Assembly: GCA_965204375.1 (NCBI GenBank)
Contig: OZ241986.1
Coordinates: forward strand, 4,732,686-4,796,685
Direction of reading: 5' to 3'
Length of the DNA: 64,000 bases
DNA from: Candidatus Latescibacterota bacterium
GTDB lineage: Bacteria; Latescibacterota; UBA2968
In this document: piece after piece, positions 8,996-17,935 of the stretch
How positions within the stretch are numbered: position 1 is the stretch's first letter
Layout: every line of letters begins with the position of its first letter
The notes under the pieces: model-generated
Databases searched by the model: none
Told to the model about the DNA's origin: nothing
The model's input: only the letters and a program-made list of their open reading frames with translations
Position numbers and translations under genes: made by a program

Positions 8996-11395
8996 TTATT
9001 CATATCGCAACGCTGTGGCTGGGTCGGTCAGGGCTGCGCGAATCGCCTGGGTGCTTACTGTCATGATCGCGATTGCCATTGTCAGCAATCCGCTCAATAT
9101 AAAGACCAACGCGCCCAGGTCTATGCGATACGCGAATCCCGCCAACCATTCGTTCATGACCCAATAGGCCAGCGGAAATGCGATCAGGTTGGCCAGGAGT
9201 ACCAGAATTACAAATTCCCGCGAGAGCAGGCGTATGATATTGGGCACGGATGCGCCCAGGGTCTTGCGGATGCCAATTTCTTTGGTGCGCTGTTCTGCTG
9301 TAAATGCCGCCAGGCCAAACAGGCCCAGGCACGCGATTACAATCGCCAGTCCGGCAAATACGGTTATAAGTGTTCCTATCCGTTGTTCAGCCAGATAATA
9401 TCGCGCCAGGTTTTCGTCTAAAAAACGATAATAAAACGGCTTTTCGGGAATGTATTTCCGCCATATTTCACCGATATATTTAAGCGTTTCGTCAATATCC
9501 TGGCCGCGAATTTTTAGTGCTATCACGTTGAACTTGGGTTGCCACATCGCGATCGCCACGGGCCGAATGACTTCGTGTAGCGACCGGTTGTGAAAATCTT
9601 TTACCACGCCGATCACAACGCCCTTCTCCCGGTTATCCGCGGCCCATCCAAATTCCTTTCCAAGCGGGTCGGTCCATCCCAATCGCTTCACGGCAGTTTC
9701 GTTCAGGATAAACGCCTGAGATGTATCGGTTGTTACGGCCAGCGAAAAATTGCGACCCGCTGTGAGTTCCAGATTATAGGTGTCTAAAAAAGCTTCATCC
9801 ACGCCCAGGACACGCATCCGCCAGTCTTCACCTCCCCTGCCTTCGGGAAATACCCTGTCCAGTTGTCCCCCATATCTCATCGAAGAATGCGATGCCGATG
9901 CTTTCAAAATGTTTGGGTGCTTCAAAAATTCATTCTTGATGTTCAAATAATCATCGGTCAATCGCCGGTCTGTCGCAAATAGCCAGGTCATGACCATGAG
10001 ATCTTTATCAAATCCCAGATTCTTATTCTGCACGTAATTCAATTGCTGGTACACCGTGTATGTACCCGCGATTAAGAATGTCGAGATCGCAAATTGAAAT
10101 ACCACGAGGATCTGTCGCAGTCGGCCGCTTCTGTTACTCGAGACAAGCGTACCTTTCAGTACTGTTACGGGCCGAAAACTGGATAGAAATAGCGCAGGAT
10201 ATCCTCCGGCGAGTACGCTTACCAGCACGGTTAAAGCAAATAGTCCGGCAATCGCATACCACAGGGTCTGTCCTTCAAGCGCGATTGTTTTTTGGGCGAA
10301 GTTATTCAGGAGGGGGAGTGAAATTTTCACAATAATTAGCGACAATATCCCGGCCAGCAGTGCGGTTAAAAATGTTTCTCCCAGAAATTGTCGAATCAAT
10401 TGGATGCGATAGGCTCCCACTACCTTCCGCAACCCAACTTCGCGTGCCCGTCGCGCTGAGCGCGCTGTTGATAGGTTCATAAAGTTGATGCACGCAATCA
10501 GTAAAATAAATATTCCGATGATCGCAAACAGGTACACATATGTGATGTCGCTATAAGATGAAATGCCATAATCCACTTTGGAATACAGATACATGCGCTC
10601 TAAAGGCTGCAAAAAATAGGTGCTCTTTTTGACGATCTCATCGCCCATGTATCGCGCCATGAATTCAGGCAATTTTGCTTCGAGTGCTTTCGCATCTGCG
10701 CCTTCTCGCAATAAGATGTAATTGTTTGCTGGTCGCCAGGTTGAATCTACCGCCCAGTTTTCAAATACGTTCCGCGTCCAACGGGTATTTACCGTTGCAC
10801 ATACAATGTCAAATTGCAGGGTTGAATGTCGAGGCACGTTTTTCAGCACCCCGGTAATCGTATATACCCCACCCATATACCGATCATCGACGGTGAGTAC
10901 TTTTCCTATTGGGTCGTCATTCCCAAAAAATCGTTGCGCGGTTGTCTCTGTCACCAGGATGGAAAGCGGTTCTTTGAGTACTGTCGCGCGATCTCCCTTT
11001 ACCAGTTCAAAATCGAAGACTTCCAAAAAATCGGGATCCGTCAAACAGAACCGCTGATTGAATTTGCGGTCTTTATACGTGGTCCAGCTATAGTCCGGCA
11101 TATATCGTACGACTGTTTCGATTTCTGAATAATCTTTTTTTAGCGCGGGTCCCGCTGCGCCCGATGTGCCAAATCCCATGTCACGGGTGCCGTCATCGTT
11201 GCGCATCTCGCGGAGCAATTTGTAGATCCGATCACTCTTTGTGTGAAACCGATCCACACGAAATTCATCGTGAATAAATAATCCGATCAGAACACAACAA
11301 GCCACGCCTACCGATAATCCCAGTACGTTGATCAGGGAGTATCCTTTGTGGCGCATCAAATTGCGCAGGGCGATTTTCAGATAGTTTTGGAGCAT
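8996..11395 (-). CDS. MacB/FtsX-type ABC transporter permease, internally duplicated (two FtsX modules)
   Basis: 799 aa. N-terminus MLQNYLKIALRNLMRHK plus a TM helix. First FtsX module ACINFMNLSTARSARRAREVGLRKVVGA. Second module CLGLFGLAAFTAEQRTKEIGIRKTLGAS. C-terminus TDPATALRYE. Confidence 0.85.
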   Translation of the reverse strand: MLQNYLKIALRNLMRHKGYSLINVLGLSVGVACCVLIGLFIHDEFRVDRFHTKSDRIYKLLREMRNDDGTRDMGFGTSGAAGPALKKDYSEIETVVRYMPDYSWTTYKDRKFNQRFCLTDPDFLEVFDFELVKGDRATVLKEPLSILVTETTAQRFFGNDDPIGKVLTVDDRYMGGVYTITGVLKNVPRHSTLQFDIVCATVNTRWTRNVFENWAVDSTWRPANNYILLREGADAKALEAKLPEFMARYMGDEIVKKSTYFLQPLERMYLYSKVDYGISSYSDITYVYLFAIIGIFILLIACINFMNLSTARSARRAREVGLRKVVGAYRIQLIRQFLGETFLTALLAGILSLIIVKISLPLLNNFAQKTIALEGQTLWYAIAGLFALTVLVSVLAGGYPALFLSSFRPVTVLKGTLVSSNRSGRLRQILVVFQFAISTFLIAGTYTVYQQLNYVQNKNLGFDKDLMVMTWLFATDRRLTDDYLNIKNEFLKHPNILKASASHSSMRYGGQLDRVFPEGRGGEDWRMRVLGVDEAFLDTYNLELTAGRNFSLAVTTDTSQAFILNETAVKRLGWTDPLGKEFGWAADNREKGVVIGVVKDFHNRSLHEVIRPVAIAMWQPKFNVIALKIRGQDIDETLKYIGEIWRKYIPEKPFYYRFLDENLARYYLAEQRIGTLITVFAGLAIVIACLGLFGLAAFTAEQRTKEIGIRKTLGASVPNIIRLLSREFVILVLLANLIAFPLAYWVMNEWLAGFAYRIDLGALVFILSGLLTMAIAIMTVSTQAIRAALTDPATALRYE

Positions 11396-11402
11396 GATTT
11401 TT

Positions 11403-11999
11403 TTAAATCAGACAATGCGCCACTGCGTCTCTGTACGTTTCGAGCGCTGGGGTTTCCAGGTTCTTCACCTTGGCCAGATCATCCCATTTCCTGAGGTGTA
11501 CGGCATTCTGGTAGTAAGGATTGCTTTCGAACTCGGTCCTTTCCCGATCTGACATGAGGCCTCCTTGCAGTTGGAAACTATGCTTAGAGGCTTCGGAAAG
11601 GGTGTTGTAGTAGGTCGAATCCGTGGTGCAGATGTATCGCTTGGCCGGAACGTGAAGTTTCACCGGTTCGGTCACCGCCTCGATAAAAAAGGGTGCTATG
11701 TACGCGGCGCCCACTTCTTCGTGGAGAAAGTCCTGGGTGTGGAAATCTGCGTTTTCTGCGTGTTCGTCCATCAGAAAATGGCCGATATCGTGCAATAGTG
11801 CGGCAGTTATCTGAATCGCGTCTCCATTGGCGAGCTGGGCCAGATTGGCGCACTGGAGCGCGTGTTCGAGTTGCGTTACGACTTCGTCGTAGTAGGACTG
11901 GCCCCTCGCTTCCATGTAGGCGAACAGGGCATCTATTTTTTTTTCTGGCCTGCCTTCGGCCAATTGGTTCGCGAGTGTTGGATCGACGCGTTCCTTCAT
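11403..11999 (-). CDS. HD-domain protein, PhnZ-like (phosphonate-degradation HD oxygenase family)
   Basis: 198 aa. QLEHALQCANLAQ, AALLHDIGHF, HEEVGAAYI, HVPAKRYI and LSEASKHSFQLQGGLM line up with the conserved blocks I recall from PhnZ. Confidence 0.55.
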   Translation of the reverse strand: MKERVDPTLANQLAEGRPEKKIDALFAYMEARGQSYYDEVVTQLEHALQCANLAQLANGDAIQITAALLHDIGHFLMDEHAENADFHTQDFLHEEVGAAYIAPFFIEAVTEPVKLHVPAKRYICTTDSTYYNTLSEASKHSFQLQGGLMSDRERTEFESNPYYQNAVHLRKWDDLAKVKNLETPALETYRDAVAHCLI

Positions 12000-12052
12000 T
12001 TTGGCACCATCTTTCTCTAAAAATGTTCGAGTGATAAATTGAATTGGAGGGG

Positions 12053-12727
12053 TTACAACTGTTCATCCCGGTCTAACCATCCGTCTGATAGATGTACGAT
12101 GCGGTCTCCGTAAGCGGCGTTTTTCTCGGAGTGCGTGCATTGGACAATGGTTACGCCTTCGGCATTCAGGTGTTTGAACAGGGTCATGATCCGCTCGCCT
12201 TCTGCCGAGTTTAAGTTGCCGGTTGGTTCGTCGGCCAGGATCAATTTTGGTTGGGTGATCAATGCCCGGGCTATGCCCACCTGTTGTTGTTGTCCGCCGG
12301 ATAACTGGTTGGGGAATAGTCGCTTTTTTGCCACGATGTTGAAGCGGTCCAGCATTTCGGCGATGCGGCCTTTGCGCTCGGCACCTTTTACTTTTTGATA
12401 TAAGAGGGGTGTTTCCAAATTTTCGGAGACGGTTAGTTCGTCGATTAGATGGTAACTTTGGAATACAAATCCGATGTGGTCTCGGTGCAACTCGGTCAAT
12501 GCGCGTTCGTCCAGTTTGTGAACTGCGCGGTTGTAAAAATGATACTCTCCATTCGAGGCGGTGTCCAGCATGCCCAGGATGTGCAATAGGGTTGATTTGC
12601 CGGCTCCAGAGGGTCCCATGATGGATACAAATTCCCCTTCGCGGATTTGTAGGTCTATTCGCCGGAGTACGAATGTTTTTACGATGCCGTTTTCGTAGTA
12701 TTTTTCGATGTTTTTTAGTTCGATCAT
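12053..12727 (-). CDS. ABC transporter ATP-binding protein (MacB/LolD-type)
   Basis: 224 aa. Walker A GPSGAGKST, signature LSGGQQQQ, Walker B ILADEPTGNL. Confidence 0.9.
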   Translation of the reverse strand: MIELKNIEKYYENGIVKTFVLRRIDLQIREGEFVSIMGPSGAGKSTLLHILGMLDTASNGEYHFYNRAVHKLDERALTELHRDHIGFVFQSYHLIDELTVSENLETPLLYQKVKGAERKGRIAEMLDRFNIVAKKRLFPNQLSGGQQQQVGIARALITQPKLILADEPTGNLNSAEGERIMTLFKHLNAEGVTIVQCTHSEKNAAYGDRIVHLSDGWLDRDEQL

Positions 12728-12773
12728 CTCTATCTCCTTATTAGCTATCAGCGGTTAGCTGTTAGTCCCAGCC

Positions 12774-12819
12774 CTTCACACTTCACACTTCACACTTCAC
12801 ACTTCACACTTCACACTTC
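12774..12819. repeat. tandem heptamer repeat (CTTCACA x6 plus a partial copy; GAAGTGT on the minus strand)
   Basis: Read directly: cttcaca repeated six times immediately after the stop codon of ORF 12820-13077. Confidence 0.9.
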
Positions 12820-13077
12820 CTATGCGCGTCGTTCGAAAAGGATGGATACCTCGTGTTCAGATGGCTCGCCAATTTCTACGAGCGACCAGTCTGCGTCGTA
12901 GTTTTCCACGATCCGCTTCAAACACATGACTCTCTGTTCGTGGGGTTCGGCGTGTTCCTCCCAGGCGAATAGTTCCATGCGGTAATCGTATTTTCTGCTT
13001 TTGCCGTTTACCACCACGGTTACTTCCACGGTGTCTTCGGCGTCTAAAGGCGGCAATTTGATTGAGATTTTGGGCAT
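12820..13077 (-). CDS. small hypothetical protein (85 aa) inside the ABC operon
   Basis: ORF with GGAGAA 6 nt upstream of the ATG. It lies between two ABC ATPase genes on the same strand. No motif recognised. Confidence 0.45.
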   Translation of the reverse strand: MPKISIKLPPLDAEDTVEVTVVVNGKSRKYDYRMELFAWEEHAEPHEQRVMCLKRIVENYDADWSLVEIGEPSEHEVSILFERRA

Positions 13078-13104
13078 GGTGATTCTCCGAAGTCGTGATC
13101 AACG

Positions 13105-13203
13105 CTACTCATACCGCAGGGCGTCAACGGGATTGGATCGCGCAGCGCGAATGGCCTGGAGGCTTACGGTACACAGGGCGATTTTGAGATAGTTTTTGAG
13201 CAT
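13105..13203 (-). pseudogene. collapsed permease relic: 32-codon in-frame fusion of a permease N-terminus and C-terminus
   Basis: It translates to MLKNYLKIAL-CTVSLQAIRAARSNPVDALRYE*. The first 10 residues match the N-terminus of 8996-11395 (MLQNYLKIAL). The last 21 match the paralog C-termini (TVSMQAIRAARSNPIDALRYE). Confidence 0.7.
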
Positions 13204-13215
13204 GCGGTTTTTCCG

Positions 13216-13893
13216 CTATCCCCTGATGTTTTCTGTGACGACATGACCGTCGAACAGGTGGATGATGCGATGCGCGTATCCCGCGTCGTGCGAATTGTGG
13301 GTCACCATGACGATTGTGGTGCCGTTTTTGTTCAGTTCGGTCAACAGATCCATGACCTCGTTGCCGTTTGCCGAGTCGAGGTTACCCGTTGGCTCGTCTG
13401 CAAGGATGATGTTGGGGTTTGCTATGACGGCTCTGGCCACGGCTACGCGCTGCTGCTGACCGCCGGATAGTTGTTGCGGGAAATGCTTTTCGCGGTGTTT
13501 GATGCCCATGTATTCGAGGGATTCATCCAGGCGCTGTTTGCGCTCGCTGGTTGGTAAGCCCAGGTATAACAGAGGCAGTTCCACGTTTTCGGCGACGGTC
13601 AGTTCGTCGATGAGGTTGAAACTTTGAAATACAAAGCCGATATTTGACTTGCGGGTGTTGGCTCTTTGCCGTTCGGTGTGTTTGGAGACTTCTTCTTCGT
13701 TCAGAAAGTATTCCCCACCGCTCGGATTGTCCAGCAGGCCGAGTACGTTCAAGAGTGTGGATTTGCCACATCCAGACGGTCCCATGATGGCGACAAATTC
13801 GCCTTCGTCAATATCTACGTTGACATTGTTCAGAGCCGTGGTTTCCACTTCTTCGGTGGTATAGACTTTCTGGAGGTTGACGGTTTTGATCAT
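13216..13893 (-). CDS. ABC transporter ATP-binding protein (MacB/LolD-type)
   Basis: Walker A GPSGCGKST, signature LSGGQQQR, Walker B ILADEPTGNLD. Start moved to MIKTVNLQKVY (ATG 13893; AAGAGGAG upstream). Confidence 0.9.
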   Translation of the reverse strand: MIKTVNLQKVYTTEEVETTALNNVNVDIDEGEFVAIMGPSGCGKSTLLNVLGLLDNPSGGEYFLNEEEVSKHTERQRANTRKSNIGFVFQSFNLIDELTVAENVELPLLYLGLPTSERKQRLDESLEYMGIKHREKHFPQQLSGGQQQRVAVARAVIANPNIILADEPTGNLDSANGNEVMDLLTELNKNGTTIVMVTHNSHDAGYAHRIIHLFDGHVVTENIRG

Positions 13894-13964
13894 TGTGAGA
13901 CTCCTCTTTAAGGTGAGATGTAAGACATAAGACATGAGACGTTAAAAGCATCTACTTTGAGACA

Positions 13965-16346
13965 CTATTCATACCGCAGCGATTCAACGGGATTGGCCAT
14001 AGCGACTTTGACCGCTTGATAGCTCACGGTGATACAGGCAATAATCAGAGACAAGACGCCAGCAAAAACAAAGATGCGCCACCCCATAGATGTGTGGTAC
14101 GCAAAATCGTTTAACCAGTCGTTCATAAAGTGATAGGCCAGCGGAGCGGCCAGTGCAAAGGCAACGACAACCAGCCTGATGAACTCTTTGGAAAGCAAAA
14201 TGACGAGATTGGGGATGGATGCGCCGAGGACTTTTCTAATGCCGATTTCCTTGGTGCGCTGTTCGGCGGTATAGGACGCCAGGCCGAACAGCCCCAGGCA
14301 AGAAATAAAAATGGCGAAAATGGCAAAAAAAGTAGCCAGCGTGCCCATCGTGCTCTCGTTGCGATACATCCTTTCAAACTGTTCGTCCTGAAAAGAAAAC
14401 TCAAAAGGACGGTCCGCATTGAATTTCTTGGATGCCCTCTCGATACCTGCAATAGCCTCAGCCGTTTGTCCCCCGGCAATACGCACAAATAAAAACTCGG
14501 TACGGGTGGGACTCAGAAGAATAATCAGCGGTTCGATAGCCGTGTACAGGGATTGAAAATGGAAATTTTTAACCACGCCAATAATTGGACCTTCGCGACC
14601 AAACCGCAGACGGGTGCCAACCGGGTTTTCCATGCCCATAGCCCGAGCCATTTCTTCATTCACAATAAAACTTCTGAGATCCCCGGGAAAATCTCTGGAA
14701 AATTCGCGCCCGTGAACAAGCTCCATGTGCAGGGTATTGACCACATCGTAGTTGGCCTGTAACCTGTGAAAAATATGTTCTGAATTGGGGTCTCTCCCCT
14801 CCCACATCGCATTTGTTCCGGTACTCGTCACCCTGAGCGGATTGTGTCCGGTACTGGTCACGCCGACAATGCCCGGCTGTTGCAAAAGTTCCTGTCTGAA
14901 AGCCTCATACTGTCTCTTAGCTGCACCCTCCAACCGCATATACACCAGATTATCGCGGTCAATTCCCAGATCTTTGTTTCGCATATACGCAATCTGCTCA
15001 TAAACCGTCAGCGTGCCGATAATGAGCAAAATAGAAAGACCAAATTGGAACACCACCAGCACCCGGCGCAACTGACTCGAACCCGACCCCGGTGTAAACG
15101 TACCGCGCAAAACAATGACGGGATTAAAATTGGAAAGATAAAAAGCGGGATAGCTTCCCGCGAGCACTCCGGTTACAATCGCAATACCAAAAAAAATGAG
15201 AAGAATCTCAATGCTGAAAAGATCGGTCGTGAGCGTCTGATTGATCAAGTCGCTAAACGACGGCAAAACCAGAATGACCATGATCAGCGCCAGAATGGCA
15301 GCGAACATGGTCATCATAAGCGATTCGCCCATAAACTGCCCAATCAGAATGGTTTTATGCGCCCCGACAGCCTTGCGAATCCCAATTTCTCGAGCGCGTT
15401 GCGTAGAACGCGCAGTCGATAGATTCATAAAGTTGATACTCGCAATCAGGATGATGAACGCGGCCACGACAATAAACATCTGCACATAGTCAATCCGACC
15501 ACCGACCAGTTTGCCATTCCTGTAGTCGGAATACAGATGCATATCCAGATAGGGCTGCAAAAAAGCATCGCTTGTGACCGTATCATCATTCTCCTTAATG
15601 ATATTTTTGATCTTGGCATTGAATTGATCGATATTGACATCCTTTTGCAACTGAACGTATAGCCGAAGGTGATTGACCGTCCACCGATAAAAACCGCGTT
15701 TATTGGCCAAATAAGATGCCATTGGCAAAATACAGTCATATCGCTGCGTCGAATTTACGGGCATGTTTTCATAAACCCCAGCCACCTTAAAACTTTTGTT
15801 ATCGTATTGCACCAGCGCGTGCGTATTATTCACCACAAAGATCTGTCCCATCGCGGTACTCCTCCAATCCTCTCCAAAATACTTCTCGGCCAGTCGCTCT
15901 GAGATGGCGATATTATCCGGTTCCGCAAGCGCGGTTTCGGGATCGCCCAAGATGAGGGGAAAGGTGAAAATCTTAAAAAAGGCCGGTCCAGCGTGATATC
16001 CGCTCTCCCGAAAAGTCTGTTCCCCATGCGTCAAATACATGGGCTGATTCCAGGTCACAAGCACGGTCTCGGTAACCTCTGGATATCGCTCTTCCAGCAG
16101 TTTGGCACTCGGATGGGGTATCGAAGACAGCGTCGAGATCTTATTCATGCCGTGATGATGCCGCATGAAGCGGTAGATTCGGTCGCCATTCACATGGAAT
16201 TGATCGTAGCTGAGTTCGTGGGCGATCCACATAAAAATTAAAAAACTACAGGTCAGGCCCACGGAAAGACCCGCAATATTGATTATAGAATGGGTTTTTT
16301 GCCCCAAAAAATTGCGGACCGCGATTTTGAAATAATTCTTAAACAT
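13965..16346 (-). CDS. MacB/FtsX-type ABC transporter permease, internally duplicated
   Basis: 793 aa. MFKNYFKIAVRNFLGQK plus a TM helix. SINFMNLSTARSTQRAREIGIRKAVGA and CLGLFGLASYTAEQRTKEIGIRKVLGAS. C-terminus NPVESLRYE. Confidence 0.85.
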   Translation of the reverse strand: MFKNYFKIAVRNFLGQKTHSIINIAGLSVGLTCSFLIFMWIAHELSYDQFHVNGDRIYRFMRHHHGMNKISTLSSIPHPSAKLLEERYPEVTETVLVTWNQPMYLTHGEQTFRESGYHAGPAFFKIFTFPLILGDPETALAEPDNIAISERLAEKYFGEDWRSTAMGQIFVVNNTHALVQYDNKSFKVAGVYENMPVNSTQRYDCILPMASYLANKRGFYRWTVNHLRLYVQLQKDVNIDQFNAKIKNIIKENDDTVTSDAFLQPYLDMHLYSDYRNGKLVGGRIDYVQMFIVVAAFIILIASINFMNLSTARSTQRAREIGIRKAVGAHKTILIGQFMGESLMMTMFAAILALIMVILVLPSFSDLINQTLTTDLFSIEILLIFFGIAIVTGVLAGSYPAFYLSNFNPVIVLRGTFTPGSGSSQLRRVLVVFQFGLSILLIIGTLTVYEQIAYMRNKDLGIDRDNLVYMRLEGAAKRQYEAFRQELLQQPGIVGVTSTGHNPLRVTSTGTNAMWEGRDPNSEHIFHRLQANYDVVNTLHMELVHGREFSRDFPGDLRSFIVNEEMARAMGMENPVGTRLRFGREGPIIGVVKNFHFQSLYTAIEPLIILLSPTRTEFLFVRIAGGQTAEAIAGIERASKKFNADRPFEFSFQDEQFERMYRNESTMGTLATFFAIFAIFISCLGLFGLASYTAEQRTKEIGIRKVLGASIPNLVILLSKEFIRLVVVAFALAAPLAYHFMNDWLNDFAYHTSMGWRIFVFAGVLSLIIACITVSYQAVKVAMANPVESLRYE

Positions 16347-16451
16347 TGGGATTCTCCAGTTCAGGTGTAAGTTGTGGCTTATCTTATTATAATCAATTTA
16401 CCTGATTTTGGGCGGTATTGAGTGGTCGTCTTACTTCTTATGTCTCACCTC

Positions 16452-17810
16452 TTACTGCTTTAAAACCAACTTGTCGATTTCTTCGTAATTGTCATAGGAC
16501 GATGTGACCACGCGCTCGCCGGGAGAGAGGCCAGCGAGGACTTCGAAGTATTCGGGGCTTTGGCGGCCTATGCGTACGTCGCGGCGTATGGCTTCGTCGC
16601 CTTCGACGACAAATACCCAGTTGCCGCCTGTTGTTTGATAAAATCCGCCGCGGGGGAGCAAGAGGGCTTCTTCGGGTGCGTCGAGTTCCAGACGTATCTG
16701 TTCTGTTTGACCGCGCCGGATGCTTTGAGGTGTCGCATCGACAAAATCCATATCGACTTCAAATTGTCCTTCTACGACTTCGGGAAAGACCCGACGGATT
16801 GTGAGGTCATACGTTTCATCGCCGATTTCAATGGTGCCTTTGAGTCCCTTTGTGATTCGCGTGATGTAAAATTCATCGATGCCCACCCGCATCTTGTAGG
16901 CGTCGAGTACATCGACCTGACCAATGCGCCTTCCCCTGTTCATCAACTGACCGATTTCTGCATTTAATTGGGATAATTGTCCAGCAATGGGGGCGCGCAC
17001 GGTCAGGTTTTCCAATGGACGGCGCACATGTTCCAATTGTCGTTGCAAGCTTCTGGCGCTCGTGTCCAGTGCAGCGAGTTGGTTGATGCGATACAGCGAG
17101 TCCTGGCGTACTGTTTCCAATGCAAATGACCTGCGTTTCTGATCGTTTTGATATCGATCTCGCGCACCTTCAAACAGGTCTTGGGAAGTCAGTCCGCGTT
17201 CATATAAAACTTTCTGCTTTTCGTGTTGGCGTTCTGTCTCCCGCAAGTTCAATTCAACGCGCATCAGTTCCTGGCGGTTGCGAATGGCCCGATTTTCCAG
17301 ATTCAACCGCGTGTTTTCCATGTTGTTGATTTGTTCGAACAAGCGGGCTTCTTGGGTTAAAATATTTTGTTCCAGGGTGGGATTCGACAATTTCAAAATG
17401 GGCATGCCTTTTTCGACCATGGTCCCTTCTTCCAGGAAGATTTCCTCTATTTGTCCGCCTTCGAGTGCGTCGATATAATAGGTTTGTATCGGCAATACGG
17501 TGCCGCGCTGGACGGTAAATTCCTGAAAGGGACCGCGCGTGACTTCTGAGATGGTAATCCGATCGACCTGTACATTGAGCCGGGCGCTGTGGTCGCCAAA
17601 GATCGCCATGTAGATTACGGCACACACAAATATGGCGATTCCGCTTATGGTCGCAATGCGCTTTGGTGTCCATACTTTCTTTTCGACCCTGCGGTCCATG
17701 CCGTCTTGACCCGTGGCTTCTGTTGCCGGTTGGGACGATGAAGAACCGCTGCCGACAAAACTGGGTACGGCTTTCTTACTCGGTGCATCATCTCGTTCGG
17801 GTGTTGACAT
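16452..17810 (-). CDS. HlyD/MacA-type periplasmic adaptor (membrane fusion protein)
   Basis: N-terminal TM anchor, a long coiled-coil-like segment (LEQNILTQEARLFEQINNMENTRLNLENRAIRNRQEL...), then beta-barrel-like C-terminal domains. Start set at MSTPERDD (ATG 17810) with GAGGA upstream. Confidence 0.75.
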   Translation of the reverse strand: MSTPERDDAPSKKAVPSFVGSGSSSSQPATEATGQDGMDRRVEKKVWTPKRIATISGIAIFVCAVIYMAIFGDHSARLNVQVDRITISEVTRGPFQEFTVQRGTVLPIQTYYIDALEGGQIEEIFLEEGTMVEKGMPILKLSNPTLEQNILTQEARLFEQINNMENTRLNLENRAIRNRQELMRVELNLRETERQHEKQKVLYERGLTSQDLFEGARDRYQNDQKRRSFALETVRQDSLYRINQLAALDTSARSLQRQLEHVRRPLENLTVRAPIAGQLSQLNAEIGQLMNRGRRIGQVDVLDAYKMRVGIDEFYITRITKGLKGTIEIGDETYDLTIRRVFPEVVEGQFEVDMDFVDATPQSIRRGQTEQIRLELDAPEEALLLPRGGFYQTTGGNWVFVVEGDEAIRRDVRIGRQSPEYFEVLAGLSPGERVVTSSYDNYEEIDKLVLKQ

Positions 17811-17935
17811 GTTTATATCCTCTATCCAAAAGTTTGGTGTATCATAGAATGCTGAATGGGGAAAATAGTCATACTTTGAACAATATTCAACTTTGTTTTG
17901 CGTCAATGTGCCTCTATCCTATCCATTCTCGATTT

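Noticed and set aside
12774-12819. Possible CRISPR array (also considered for 60295-60364 and 61618-61673)
   Set aside because: The units are 7-14 nt and directly abutting with no spacers, and there are no cas genes. These are simple tandem repeats.
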